Shown one piece after another: positions 14,583 through 27,040 of a stretch of 64,000 nucleotides of DNA. Positions within the stretch are counted from its first letter, which is position 1. Each line of letters starts with the position of its first letter. This stretch comes from Callorhinchus milii. Lineage: Eukaryota. The translations under genes and the position numbers were made by a program. The stretch lies in contig NW_024704750.1 of the NCBI RefSeq assembly GCF_018977255.1, positions 8,370,001 to 8,434,000 of the forward strand, in the 5' to 3' direction. A model generated the notes under the pieces. It saw nothing but the letters and a program-made list of their open reading frames with translations. It did no database searches and was not told where the DNA came from.

Positions 14583-14863
14583 CTAAAAGCAGAACACAAG
14601 AGGTAAGAAAACTCCCATCAAGTACCTGTAGAAATGGAGTGAGTCACACTGTAGATCATAATACTTGCATTTAGTATTTGCACCTTATCACACCTGATCG
14701 CACTTCACAGAATCCATTGCAAAGTGCTGTGACTGTGAACTTTGTAGGCAATGTATCTAAACCTATCCAATCTGGTCAGGAGAACTAAGTCCCTTAGTAA
14801 AAATAATAGCAATTGCATAAAGAAACATTAACATGAACCAGCATAAAATGCCAATTAACTCAC

Positions 14864-14993
14864 GTTCGGGGTTTTCGAATGTCCCAGAGTCCCACTCCCT
14901 CTTTGGAATTCGCGGTGGCTAGTAGTCTGGGTTCCACAGGATTAAACATTACACTGTGAAACGCCGAGGGGTAATTTGCCAAACAAAAAGGCT
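14864..14993 (-). CDS. DCAF5: DCAF5 exon 5 (130 nt)
   Basis: TTTCAG acceptor, AC|GTGAGT donor; EPFCLANYPSAFHSVMFNPVEPRLLATANSKEGVGLWDIRKPR (translated by hand, not in the ORF track). Confidence 0.96.
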
Positions 14994-15655
14994 CTGAAAC
15001 AAGAGATACATTCAAAGTTAAGAATTAAGATGGAGCTTGGGCATGGGGGGGTGGGGAAGAGAGAGGATTTAGCAATTTGCATTTAATTCAGGACTTTTTT
15101 CTGAAGTCAAGACTTGGCATAGAATTTTAATTCATTCACTGTTACACTATGAGAGCATAAAGAACATGAGAATAAAAGTAACAAACCTCAAGCAAAACAA
15201 GATTAGAAGCAATTCTTCCCAGAAATTAGCAAGTGAAACGATGAAAGTGATAAAAACCACAATAATAGGATATATAATTAAACACTCTGGGATGCTATTC
15301 AGAGTGAGGGTGCTATATAAATGCAGATTGTTGTTGTAATTGATAACAAATCAGAAAAAGAATCTCTGACATCTTAATGGGCTGAATTAGAATAGTGCAA
15401 TGGCACATAAATGTTAGCTGTCTTCTACAGAATAATTGTTTACTAAAATTACAACTCTTAGGATTAAATGATGAACCACTGACAACACAAAGAAAATTAC
15501 TAAACAGCACTAAAGGGGAAGAAACAGCCTTAAGATTTTTTTCAATCACATATACAAGCAATCTAGTTCAGTTCAGATAAAACTAATTATAGCCATTTTA
15601 GTTGTACTCAACTATTCCTTATAAAATGATGCTGGAGTCACTTCTTAATACCCAC

Positions 15656-15792
15656 CTCCATGGGAATCCCTTATGTCCCAAATGAGAACCTTGCCATCAT
15701 CTGAGGAGCTGGCAAACACGTTGTCATTTACAGGACTCACTGATAGGCCATAGACGGCATCATCATGTGGGAAAACATTCAATATTTCAGTG
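15656..15792 (-). CDS. DCAF5: DCAF5 exon 4 (137 nt)
   Basis: CCCAG acceptor, G|GTGGGT donor; TEILNVFPHDDAVYGLSVSPVNDNVFASSSDDGKVLIWDIRDSHG. Confidence 0.95.
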
Positions 15793-16662
15793 CTGGGAAA
15801 AAAAAGCAACATGGAAGTGCACTTACAACTGCAGTCAGTCTGGAAACAGATATTAAAATAGAAGGAAGTAAACTGCTCAACTTCTCACACCATACCCTTT
15901 CAGGCTCTGTTATTGACAAGGGAGATGAAAAGATTTTCCCTACTTACAGGAGATCAGTTTCTCTGCCACAACTACTCCCATAATGGCAATGTTGTGCAAA
16001 AAATATTAATCCAGGATAGGATCAAGAATAAGAGCTGGATCCCACCTTTGAAGTCCAAGATGTCACACCCAATTCTTGCAAGCATCCGTTCCAATGTAAA
16101 CAAACACAACTTCAAATAACTGGAACCATCATGTGGCCACTTTTTGTGTGAGCCCAGATGATGAGTTTTTGAAAGCCATTCATCGGTTTACAACTAAACC
16201 ACTACTTCACCCAAGGCCCAATTTTCTCTCCTCTCCAATAAGCAGCTACCCATGCTGGGTTACAATTCCAGTTATGCAAATTTCCAGCACTCACTATTAG
16301 TACTTAGCTGAGAAGGAAAAATGTTGCGAAACCACACGACTATGGAAAAATGGCCCCCTTTTAATAAAATGGAGCACTTTGATGAAGGGCCTATCGTGCA
16401 GTGCACCATCAAGCATGAATACAGTATCGACAAAAACAAGCAGCGATTAAGTGACACTAAGCTTGTATGAAGAAGGAAAGACTGAGGGTGAAAAAGAATC
16501 TTCAAGTTCAGGGAAATGATAAGCTAGAGCAGGAGATAGTGAAATTAGTTTACAAACAGTGTGGAGGAAGAACACAGAAGATGATGTATTTCAAATATTG
16601 AGCAATAACACGTTAAGGCATTTCTGATGGAACTGCATTAGATTGCAGCTTCTTTTACTTAC

Positions 16663-16699
16663 GTTTCAACATCATGCACAATGACTTGTTCGTCATTTC
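16663..16699 (-). CDS. DCAF5: DCAF5 exon 3 (37 nt)
   Basis: GCAG acceptor, AC|GTAAGT donor; GNDEQVIVHDVET; phases fit exons 2 and 4. Confidence 0.94.
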
Positions 16700-17662
16700 C
16701 TGCAAGATAAAAGTTTATTTTTAGCAACAATTTCTCTCTCTCTCTCTCACACACACACACTATTAAAAGTGTTGCAGGTACTGCGGACACTGGATGGCAT
16801 TTTTATAGAAACTAGTGAATGCCAACATTTATTTATGTTGTGGCAATTTCCTATCTGTATTGTAAAACGCCAACTAGAATAGAATCATCTGGGATATTTT
16901 AAGTTACCTTCTGGATGTTCAACTCAATCTGACCATATTTAGTGGACTGTAGTTACTTTATGCTTAATGAACAATGCTCAACATCTGGTATTAATACTGA
17001 AATTCACTTTAGCTTTCAAACAAGCAGTTGGAAAAGAAACAGGAATTTACTTTTGTTGCAGTATTTGGCAACTCTAGCAAATTGTAAAAAAATATTGATT
17101 TAGAAAATTAAGCATTGGGAAAAAAAGTTATATAATTTAGAACATCTCCCTAGAAACTAATGAATGATACTTAACAAAAACCCTCAGATGAGCAAACTGC
17201 ATGAGTTGCATAGAAACATTGGAATGTACTGGACTGGAAAAAGACCACAACCATCCATCTGGCCAGGCCAAAATCAGCTAGAGTGTAAAAATTATGGTAG
17301 AACAACTCTTAAATCTTAATTAAAGCTCTGTACCCAATTTGCCAAAAAAATTAATCAACTCATTAATCCATAATGCAGACATTAAAAACACTTTGTGGAA
17401 TTAGTTTAATGTATTGCTTCAAATTAAAATTTTCTAGAATTGTTTTGGTTTCAAAATACAATATAAACACAATTTTCCTTTGCTGCGTTTTGTGAGGTTA
17501 ACATTTCCCTAATTTTTTTAATAAATTAGAAGTAATAACTTTTAAAAATCACAAATAAAACTGTTGAATATTATACTGAGGAAAGCCACAAATCTTACCA
17601 TTGAGATCTGAGACTAAGTTTTAAGATATTCAGTTTTTGTTTTGTACATTATGCATTCTCAC

Positions 17663-17806
17663 CTCCAGAGTAGAGACGGGTATTTGTACTGTCAAAAGCC
17701 AGACAGAAGATGTTGGATTGGTGCTCCCCCTTCAGTTGGGTGGGTTTAGCTTTCACCTGAATGGATTTTTCAACATGCCACAACAAGACACGCCGGTCAT
17801 CCCCAC
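17663..17806 (-). CDS. DCAF5: DCAF5 exon 2 (144 nt)
   Basis: GCAG acceptor, G|GTGAGA donor; GGDDRRVLLWHVEKSIQVKAKPTQLKGEHQSNIFCLAFDSTNTRLYSG. Confidence 0.96.
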
Positions 17807-19256
17807 CTGCCATGAAAACAAAATCAAATACTCAAGTTAGTTTCTACTGAGACTAAACAACAATTTTACATTAAACATAAAATACCAAAGGCTTTCATTA
17901 CATCCCACTGGAAAAAACATTTACCAAATTGATTTATACTAAGATGACTGGGATAACCATTTTATTCAGTTACTCCTTAGGGATTTTATTTATTAAGTTT
18001 CCATCCCAGCAGTGTTCTTTGTAACTTGTCTAAATGCATTATACTGTACAAAATATTTAACTAACACAATCACAATGGAATTTTTTCATTTATATTTAAA
18101 CAAGAATGCGAATACGATTGTATCACAATAAGAATTTTTATTCACACTCCCATGTCATGTCATGTCCAACAAAGTGGCAAAATGCAGACTCACAGCAGTT
18201 CCTCTCCACAAGTTACTGATCTCAGGCGAGTTAACCTAGCACGAAGAAATCAAATTGACAGTGTATCTTGGGGGTGGTGCGGGGGTGGGGGGCAGGGAGA
18301 AGATAAGTGCTGAGAGACACATTAGTTGATTATTACAGTTAAGACGTTTCAAATGACAACAGCGATATTTTATATATGCTCACTTATCTCCATCACTCAG
18401 TCTTAAAGGAAAACATTAATCAGGGAGACAGGGAAACAAAAGCTGCAAAATACATAACTGGTGGTAGACTAAATGGGTGAAGTATTCCCGCACACCTCCA
18501 CACAGCCAGCAAAATGCATACCCTTCTAACAGAGTTAACAGAGAAAATCTTGGCACAAAGAAAAGTTGCAGAGTGATTTTATAGCTCTGCATGCACAGAT
18601 GTTTAAAAAATCTCTCTCGTTTTTATAGAATCCACCTTGCAATATAAATGAGGCAATTTCTACACCGGAGAAACAGGGAGCCAACATGAGAGATTTGGTT
18701 CAGGAAGTGGCTCTCCAATAATAAATGGGCCACTAGAGACATGTGGTCATTGAGATTGTGTTCTATTAAAGGCTGCTAACATCATTAAAAGAAAAAACAC
18801 TTCATTCATTACTCTTACCGAAACAGATGCAATAAATAATGAACAGTTCTTTTGTTTGCCATGTGTATCAACAGAGCTAAACCAAAAAGAGCAATGTATC
18901 ACTGGAATATCCTACACAAATGTCTCTGTATCAACAACCCTTCCTATCATGCAATGCGGCATAAATGACCCTTTGTTACAGTATTACTGCATTTTCCTCC
19001 ACTTGACATAAACATTAACAGCAAGACTTGGCGGTCGATTCGCTGTCATCGTCTGGGAGCAGCATTTGAATTATCTGCCTGCTGCTTTTATGGAACCTCT
19101 CAATTTATATTTGGGAGGTTAAGGAATTTACAACGACTCCCACTCAATTGTTTTATAATTGAGCAATGCACACAGAAACAAATCTCTTGTGTGCTGGAGT
19201 AGATTTTTTACCACCAACTTGATCTGGGGAGCTAACAGAGTAGGCAGATACAGGAA

Positions 19257-19484
19257 CAAAAACACCTTGTAGGAGAGTGGGAGCAGTTGGAAGATTTGGC
19301 AGCCTGTTCAATAAGTCTTGAAGATACGGTGTTGTTTCATGGGGAAAACAGCTATATTCATAACTTATCTAAACAATGGAAAGGTTTCTTTTTATATTTA
19401 AAGTTATATTAGTATGACAAATCAAGTTGGCACCTCAAGCCTGGATGAACAAAGGGGAAACATGTTTATTTAGCAAATAACTTT
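19257..19484. repeat. Copy 1 of a diverged ~230-bp direct repeat in DCAF5 intron 1
   Basis: Collinear with 20620-20836, with shared blocks caaaaacaccttgtaggaga and gacaaatcaagttggcacctca. Confidence 0.8.
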
Positions 19485-20068
19485 GAATGGCAGCAATGGG
19501 TGAAGTGCTAAGTTGTCAGGACAATAGATCAAGTGAAACAGCACCTGTCACGTGGCAGCCAATCCAGCAGCCCCAGCTGAGAACTAACAAAATTAGTGAA
19601 TTGAACTAAGCGATTCAAAAGCGATACTCAAGGTGAATCCGCAACTAAAATGTCAACTCAGCTGCGAGATTCCAAACTATGAAATTTACCATGTATTTGA
19701 ATTTAGAGTTTCTACAAACATGTTCAGTTTGTTCCAGATCCCATTAGCATATCTCAGAACCTCACTACTGTTGTCTCAGTATCCACTGAAGAGATCTCAA
19801 CAGAATAGGAATTTGTTTTCTTCACTTTGTAAAACAATACTCGCAAGATCTAATGCCCTAACCAGCAAGTATTGCTTTCAGCAAATGCCAAAATTGAAGC
19901 TACAAAGAAAACATCTTCAAAGACACACAATATCATTTTCTATAATAAAAACATTCAGGTTTCCACTGTCCCCATTCATACTATTGCATAAAGGAGCTGC
20001 TATCATGCAACCTTTAAACCAACTGTTCAAATCCATACATCTCACCATATAACCCACAAAACTATAAA

Positions 20069-20598
20069 AACAACAATAATTCGCATTTATATACCGCCCT
20101 TCACGTGGGGTTCCCGAGCGCTTGACAGTGGAGGAGTCTGATCCTGAATCGGGGAGAGGGAGGGTGACCATAAGCACAATCAAAAAGGAAGGTCTTTAGG
20201 CGGGATGTGAAAGTGGAGAGTGAGGGGGCAAGGCGGAGAGACTGAGGGAGTGAGTTCCAAAGTTTCGGGGCGTAGTGGCTGAAGGCATGGCCACCGACAG
20301 TGAAGCGGAGGGGATAAGGAAAAAACATAAGTAATGAGAGCTTGGGCTGCTTTGGTTGTGAGGTATGGACGGAAGTAGGCAATGTGACTGAGGTGGAAAA
20401 AAGCGGTCCTGGTCAGGGAACGGATGTGGGGTAGAAAGGAAAGCGGGGGATCGAACCTGACGTCTAAGGTGTGCACGGATTCGATGAGTCTGAGGGAGAG
20501 CCCGGGGATGTTGAGGAGTTCAGATCCACAGGAAAGGAGACGTTGACGGGAGCCAAAGTGTATGGCTTCTGTCTTCTGACATTCAGTTACAGGAAATT
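20069..20598 (-). mobile_element. L2 LINE 3' fragment with internal deletion
   Basis: GGHAFSHYAPKLWNSLP...LKTFLF and FDPPLSFLPHI...TAFFHL are L2 ORF2 motifs; (TTG)n-type tail at 20069. Confidence 0.85.
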
Positions 20599-20619
20599 TG
20601 CGCTCATCCTACAAAACTA

Positions 20620-20836
20620 CAAAAACACCTTGTAGGAGAATGGAAGCAATTGAAAATTGGATGGCCTCTTCTATAAGTCGAGTGGATATAGTGTTATTCA
20701 CAGGGAGAACAGCTTATATTCATATCTTATACAAACAACGGAAAGTTTTAATTAATGTTATATTCGTAAGACAAATCAAGTTGGCACCTCATGCCTTGAT
20801 GAATCAAGGGGGAAAATGTTTGTTTAGTAATTACTT
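20620..20836. repeat. Copy 2 of the ~230-bp direct repeat in DCAF5 intron 1
   Basis: Collinear with 19257-19484. Confidence 0.8.
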
Positions 20837-22118
20837 CCAAAGAAGCATTATTTCGACTACTTCTAAAGTAAGGATACTTGTGTCATCTCTGATTTACCTT
20901 TACATCACTCAGAGGGATGAACCAATTCAGTTCATCTTTTTGAAACATGCATGTGGATGTGGACAGTTGACAATTGCAAACGCTGTACAGAAGATTTTAG
21001 TTTCTTGTCAAATTTGTCATGGCATACAACATAAACTTAAAAGATGGGCCATGACCTGTGTGGAAATAACGAGGTAAAAGGTAAAATGTAATGTGAGCAA
21101 AACTGAAGATTAGAACTTTCTAAACTATTTATTGGACCTATCAGATGACAGTGTGATTAATCTGTAAACTGAATCCTTTTAACACTAAAATTTACCCATT
21201 AATTTGCAAACCAAATCCTTTTAATGCGTAGACTCCTCCCCCTTCCAATTTTATACAACTTACGCTTATTTACCATTGGTTATGCAAACCAGTATGTGAA
21301 GCCAGGAAACTGCCTCCAAGTTTTTTTTGACAAAGATGGGCTAAGCAGTCAACTACTTTTACAGGCCAAAAATGTATTCCTTCCCTCAAACCACAAGTTT
21401 ACCACAGATCTGAAGGATCCACCACCGAAAAAGTTTTGACTGAGAAAGAAATTCAAAAACTCACTATAGAAGCACTAACCAGTTATTTTTATATCGCTAT
21501 TAGTGCTTTGGATTTCAATCTCAAAATAAATGGGCCAGGACCATAATACTACCAAAACAAGATTACTTTGGAACCCAATAATAAATAGGTTCTCATTCTA
21601 AAAAGGCATTCAGTGAGAAAGTTATTGCAGGTGGTCGAAATTTGAGAATAACTTTCCTTTCCTTATTTCCTGGCCTATGAGAAAGTACACTGGTTTGAGG
21701 TCAACCCTCCACAAACGGACTGAATTACATGGAACTGTATAGCACTGAAATTGGTCATTTGATCAGTTCCAATGTTTACACTTCACGTGAGCCTTTCCGT
21801 CCATCTGAACCCACCGTTCTCCGCTACTTCTCAATTGCCTTCTCCCTCACGGATGCAAAAATACAGTAAAAGTTCAGCGTCGTGCAAGAGCTACCGCGCC
21901 GTTTTATTTGGGCTGTGGAGAATAAGAGCAAACAAAACGAGAGAATTGGCCACCGAAGGGAGAGCAAACGACGATGGGGACGGGGAATGGGAAACGGCCA
22001 GGCGGCACCACAGTTGTTGCGTGGTTTCGGTGGACACGGCCATTGAAAATGGGACATCCAATCCCAATGAAGGTGCCAGAGCCCCAAATAATGAACCCCA
22101 TTTTCGTTCAGGTGCTGA

Positions 22119-22703
22119 CTGAGTGAGTGAGTGAGTGAGTGAGTGACTGACACTGAGTGAGTGTGGTTTTCGGGCATTTTCTGACTTCCTATCACAAACC
22201 CTATTCAGTCGTGAGATGATCATTGTTCCATCACTGATTACAAAGTGCTGGGATTATAATCTCCCCTCACCCCCCCCTCCCCCTCCACTCTCCCCCTCCC
22301 CTCTCCCCCAGCACAACCCCCCCTCCCCCCAAGATTACACACACACACACACACAGGGGAAGAGGTGTTAACGCTAAAAGGCCAAACTCTCATTAATAAT
22401 AATAATAATAATAATAATATCATTACGTGAGAAAGGGATAAATAACGCGGACAAATGACAAGACCCGACACGGTTACCCTCCTCCTCCTCCTCCTCCGGA
22501 GGCTTTTAATTTGAACGCAATGTTTTCGCCCCAAAAAACCTCCTGTGGTACGAGTCAGCCCCACTCGAGCGTTTTTTTTTAAAAAAACAAGAGAGAGAGA
22601 GAGAGAGAGACGTCTCGACGACGCGCTGTATCCGATGCAAAGACCACGATGATGATTTACCATTATTATTATTATTATTATTATTTTTTGACCGACCGAC
22701 CGA
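22119..22703. repeat. Cluster of different microsatellites: (GAGT)n, poly-C tracts, (AC)n, (TAA)n, (CCT)n, (GA)n, (ATT)n, (GACC)n
   Basis: Directly visible tandem runs. Confidence 0.9.
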
Positions 22704-22719
22704 CTCACTGAAACTGACC

Positions 22720-24050
22720 GACTGAGACGCCGCGGGCAGTGAAGTTATCTGAAGGGGGCCTACAGGTCTGGCTCAGACCTCGGCCTCGATTTATGTCGGT
22801 GCGGAGGCAGCGGGAGGGAGAGTGGGCGAAACCGAGCCCGGGGTCAGCCACCTCTGGCTGAAAAGACTCGACACCGGCGCCGCCACATGCGGAGGCCTGA
22901 CCACCCCCCCCCCCGTCCCCAACCACCCGCCGCCCACCCCGAGGCCCCGACACCGGGAACCCGGCCCCGGGCCCCTCACTCCCTCCCTCCCTCACTCACC
23001 GGACACCAGCCACTCTCCGCCATTGTTGGAGAACTCGATGGCGTTGACGCAGCCGAAGTGGCCGAGCAGGTCCTTCTTGAACAGGTTCTTGCAGCCGAAC
23101 AGCCGCTTCCGCTGGAACCGCTCCTTCAGAAAGCGGTCGCCGCTCACCGCCCGCCGCCCGAGGAACTCCATCAGCGACCGGTCGCCGCCGCCGCCGCGTT
23201 CCCTCATCCTCACCTTCCGCCGCCTTCACACACTCCTCATCCCCCGGGTGGCGGGGAGGGTGGGGGTGGGTGGGCTCGGCCTCGGGGTGTGAGTGAACAC
23301 GGCGCTGAGTAACAACGAGAGCCGAGCCGAGCTACTCCTCCTCCCCCCTCCCTCCCTCTCTCCCTGAACTGGAAGCAAAAAAAAACAGCAGCCGCTTAAA
23401 CGACACTTTGCATTCAAATATTTCAAGGCGTCTATTTTTCTGTTTCTTTCCCTCTCTCAGTGACTTGTCGGCAGATTCATTGCGACGTCTTCGGAATACT
23501 CAGCTGCAATGTTTCGTTCCTTCTTTTCACTCTCTCACACATTCCCCCTCTCTCTCTCTCTCTCTCACACACTCCCTCCCTCTTTGCTAGTGAACGCCCA
23601 CCAAATGTCACTCACTGGTTTGGGTGGTGGTGGTGAGTGGGGGAGTGAGGGAGTGGGGGAGGGAGTGAGTGAGCGTCACTCAATTTGGGGTTCAAAAATA
23701 CGTGACCTATTGTGATGGGTCACTCTTTTTTTTTAACTTAACTTATAGGTATATATAGATATATATGTGTCGATAACGAAAACAAAGACCGCTGCCCCGG
23801 GGTTTAAGAGTGTTTTTGCGACCTGCCGCGCTCTTGCTGCTGAATAGCGTCGCCGCTAACATTTCTTCTCCCCTGTTCTCGATCCCAACGTGGGAATGTA
23901 CAAGACCCGGAAAGTCCACTGAAGCCCACCTGGTGGGACCTAAGTAGAAACAAAGATAGACCGTTCGATCTCTCCTCACCCCACTCAACCCGCTTCCTCC
24001 TCCACACCGACTAAAGGCTTAATTTTAATTTTCTCTCCGTCTTGGAGAGG
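22720..24050. promoter_or_regulatory. CpG-rich promoter / first-exon region of DCAF5
   Basis: Marked GC and CpG enrichment at 22720-23360 and 23790-24050 in an AT-rich background, around exon 1. Confidence 0.7.
23000..23207 (-). CDS. DCAF5: DCAF5 exon 1, coding part (208 nt)
   Basis: ATG at 23207 with A at -3; MRERGGGGDRSLMEFLGRR...FQRKRLFGCKNLFKKDLLGHFGCVNAIEFSNNGGEWLVS; G|GTGAGT donor. The nine exons sum to 2946 nt in one open frame. Confidence 0.94.
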
Positions 24051-24285
24051 CGATGATGACTCAAATGGGACCTTACAAAGGTTTATGACATTTTAGATGA
24101 CATGGAAAAAAGTGGACCCAGGACAACATTTTCTGGTGCAACAGGACAGACGGAGGACATAGGTTTTTAGAGCTGGAAAGGGCAATTTTAGGGCAGTCGC
24201 CAGGAAGTATTTTTTTCACTTTTTAACAGCTGGAATAATTTACGCCTTAACGTAACCTATCTTAACGGAAAATTAACAACTAGAA

Positions 24286-24606
24286 TCACGTCTTCAAGAC
24301 ATCTCAAAGCGCCTCACAGAAAATACCGTAAAGTGAATTGACTATATATTTTGTGGGTGAAGCGCAGGAGCCAATTGCGCACAGCAGTGTCCCACAAACA
24401 GTAGTGGATTGAGTGACCATTTTTTTAAAGTAATTATTACCCCCGGAAAAGCCCCAAATCTGCCAATCGACTAACAACCAGGTTCCTACTTACTGCTAAA
24501 TAAACAGGTCTGTGGAGTAAGGAAACTTGCCTAACATTTTGCCCTGCCCAGGAATCAAACCCAGGTCTCTCGCCTGCGAGGTGAGTGCTCTAACCACTGA
24601 GCTACA
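24286..24606 (-). mobile_element. tRNA/Deu SINE, long variant, lying within a CR1 3' remnant
   Basis: Head TGTAGCTCAGTGGTTAGAGCACTC with A and B boxes on the minus strand; Deu-like core. Confidence 0.85.
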
Positions 24607-26333
24607 AATGGCCTGTTTCTATGGCAGGATTTTCAGCATTGGAAATTATATAAATTAAGGAGTAATTACACAACAGATTATTATTCTTCTAACATTCTTG
24701 ACAACTGTTGAAATCCACTTTAACCAGGATTGGTTGTAGATATATCAAAGCATCGCTGAGATAAGTGTATTGCACTACCTCTGATTCCCATCATAAAGTG
24801 TGTGAAAAGGGTTAGAAACTCTGGGCTCTCGTCCAAGTTGGTAGTAGTCTGAATCCCATGAGATAAGAAAAATGAACACTACCTCTTTCCACCCTACATA
24901 GCCACCTTGCCCCACAAACATTTTTTTCTCCTGAGTTGCTACTGCATGGAAACTGTCTTAAGGAACATGAAGAAAAATCCTGTCGTTAACATGTCCGAGT
25001 GCATGTATTTTCATAATGGTAGTTGAGTCAAAATATAAGCACTGGATAATTTTTAATTCATAAATTCATATATTCAATAAAAAATATGTTAATTCTCCCT
25101 AAACAAATCTCCGAGTCATCCTAAATTAAAAACTCAAATGATAGAAATACTCAAGAGTTATTGAAAGTGAAGTAAATATTTACTGCTGAATATGGGAAGT
25201 TTATTCTTAGTCCAATTTGCTGACATCAAGAAATGTGATAACTTTTAAGTATTAAGCAAAGCTATTTTATTGCATTACAGATACAAAATATTACAGGAGT
25301 CAGATATCCTATGAACAAAACCAGAAAACACAACTTTCATAAAATGATACAGTGGTAGTTGTAATTAACATAAAATAATCCTTGCCACATGAAAATAACT
25401 TGGCAGAATCTCAATTATTTAATCATAAGAAAGGTTTGAATGAAGAATTACGACCTCATCCATACAGAATACTAATCCTTCTGACTTCCCTTTATGTCAA
25501 ACTAATGTTTAGATGAATTCATTATCCTGGCCTCCATACAGTACAGAACAAAGCAAAAACATATGAGTACAGTATCAGTATTAAAAGTTACATGCCATTA
25601 CAATGAAATCTATGATATATTTTAACTGATGATAGAATAAATGATGTGTAGAAAGAAGATATTGTTCTTGCCATTCTTCTAACAAGTGAGTACTTCTAGC
25701 TTGATGTCTTTTTTGGCCTTCATAAGGATATTCAACCTACCTACATGATACAGCGTAAGCCTTTTTGCTTGCCTTAATCTTCTTCAATGTGAAAAACAGA
25801 TGTCAGGTGAAAGAAAGTACATGCCAAATTCTGTCTCCAAAAGACTGAGCATAATTCTATTGGAGGAGGGGCTAGAGAGGAGAACACATTTTACCATTTC
25901 ATCACAATACATTATTAAATGCAGAATGAAGTACAAATGTGGAATGAATTTGGTTCTATTTTAAAAGAATACTTGTAGTCAAGAAAGTGTCATACAAATA
26001 TTTTATTTACAATAAAATCCATATCCATTGTTCTTACAGTGAAAGAAAGAAACTGCCTGTTTTACAGTGATTGTTTAACTCAAGTCAGTTGCTCTGATTT
26101 GATATTGAGCTCCAGAAATAGTTTGCATTTTTACACCCCAAAGAAGCTTCACCCCAAAAAAGTTCCAGTTCAAATAACAAATATGATTTGAATTGTGCAT
26201 GTGGTTTAACAAACGATCACAAGGTATATCAAGCACAAATGACTTGCACAAAAAAGCTTTTCAAATGTTTTTCAAATAATAAACCGAACCTCCTCAATCT
26301 GTCAGTACTCCACACATGTATTGCAGTTTCACG

Positions 26334-26930
26334 TTATTCTTTGAATTGCTGTTTGTTTAGCATTTTATGCAGAAATGCCTGAACTTTTGTCCAGAGGTCT
26401 TCTTGAGCAAATGAGTGTGCTTTGGTATTCCCTCCCCACAAGACAGCACTGTCAACCACAGCATGATAAGAGGCATAGCAAAATGGGAAAAATGGAGGAT
26501 CCAGAAAATGCCCAGCTCCTGGGTAACTGATAAGCTCATAGTTGTCCTTGCCATGTTCTCTCAGTCGTTTAATGGCTTCCTCCATATACAACTTGCTTTT
26601 CCAGTTCCTATCATCTTCCCCCACAACAAATAAGAAGTGTCCCTCAGCTTTTTCTATTGGAATTATACTGCTATGGTTAGCTTTGTCCATAGGATTATTC
26701 ATTACCTCATATATATCTGCAATTCCTGAATCTATGATCTGTAATTTCCTGGCATTAATACCCATACCAGTGAGCACCAGTTTATTTTTGTAGCACATTC
26801 CAAACAAAGCACTTGCATTGCATCCATTGATATTAATCACTGCTGCAACATGTGGCAAAAAGGTGGCTATCGACATAACCAAATCACCACCTTTCGATGT
26901 TCCTATTGCTCCAATTCCAGGACCTTTAAC
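26334..26930 (-). CDS. Type I acyl-CoA thioesterase copy A, exon 3 (BAAT_C catalytic domain)
   Basis: TTCCAG|GTT acceptor; triad motifs GTSKG, VGEDDRNW and GAGH intact; ends NKQQFKE* with no PTS1. Confidence 0.93.
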   Translation of the reverse strand, partial: VKGPGIGAIGTSKGGDLVMSIATFLPHVAAVININGCNASALFGMCYKNKLVLTGMGINARKLQIIDSGIADIYEVMNNPMDKANHSSIIPIEKAEGHFLFVVGEDDRNWKSKLYMEEAIKRLREHGKDNYELISYPGAGHFLDPPFFPFCYASYHAVVDSAVLWGGNTKAHSFAQEDLWTKVQAFLHKMLNKQQFKE

Positions 26931-27040
26931 CTGGAAAATATTTGCAAAACATAAAATCATAGCAACAAACATACTGAATACTGAGGACTATAAGGCATGA
27001 CTTAGCAACAGTAACAAACAATCAATTAAGTCTGTATAAT

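Noticed and set aside
22705-23426. Several overlapping 60-156 aa ORFs around DCAF5 exon 1, and likewise over the ACOT first exons
   Set aside because: Stop-poor CpG-island sequence; low-complexity products with no recognisable domain
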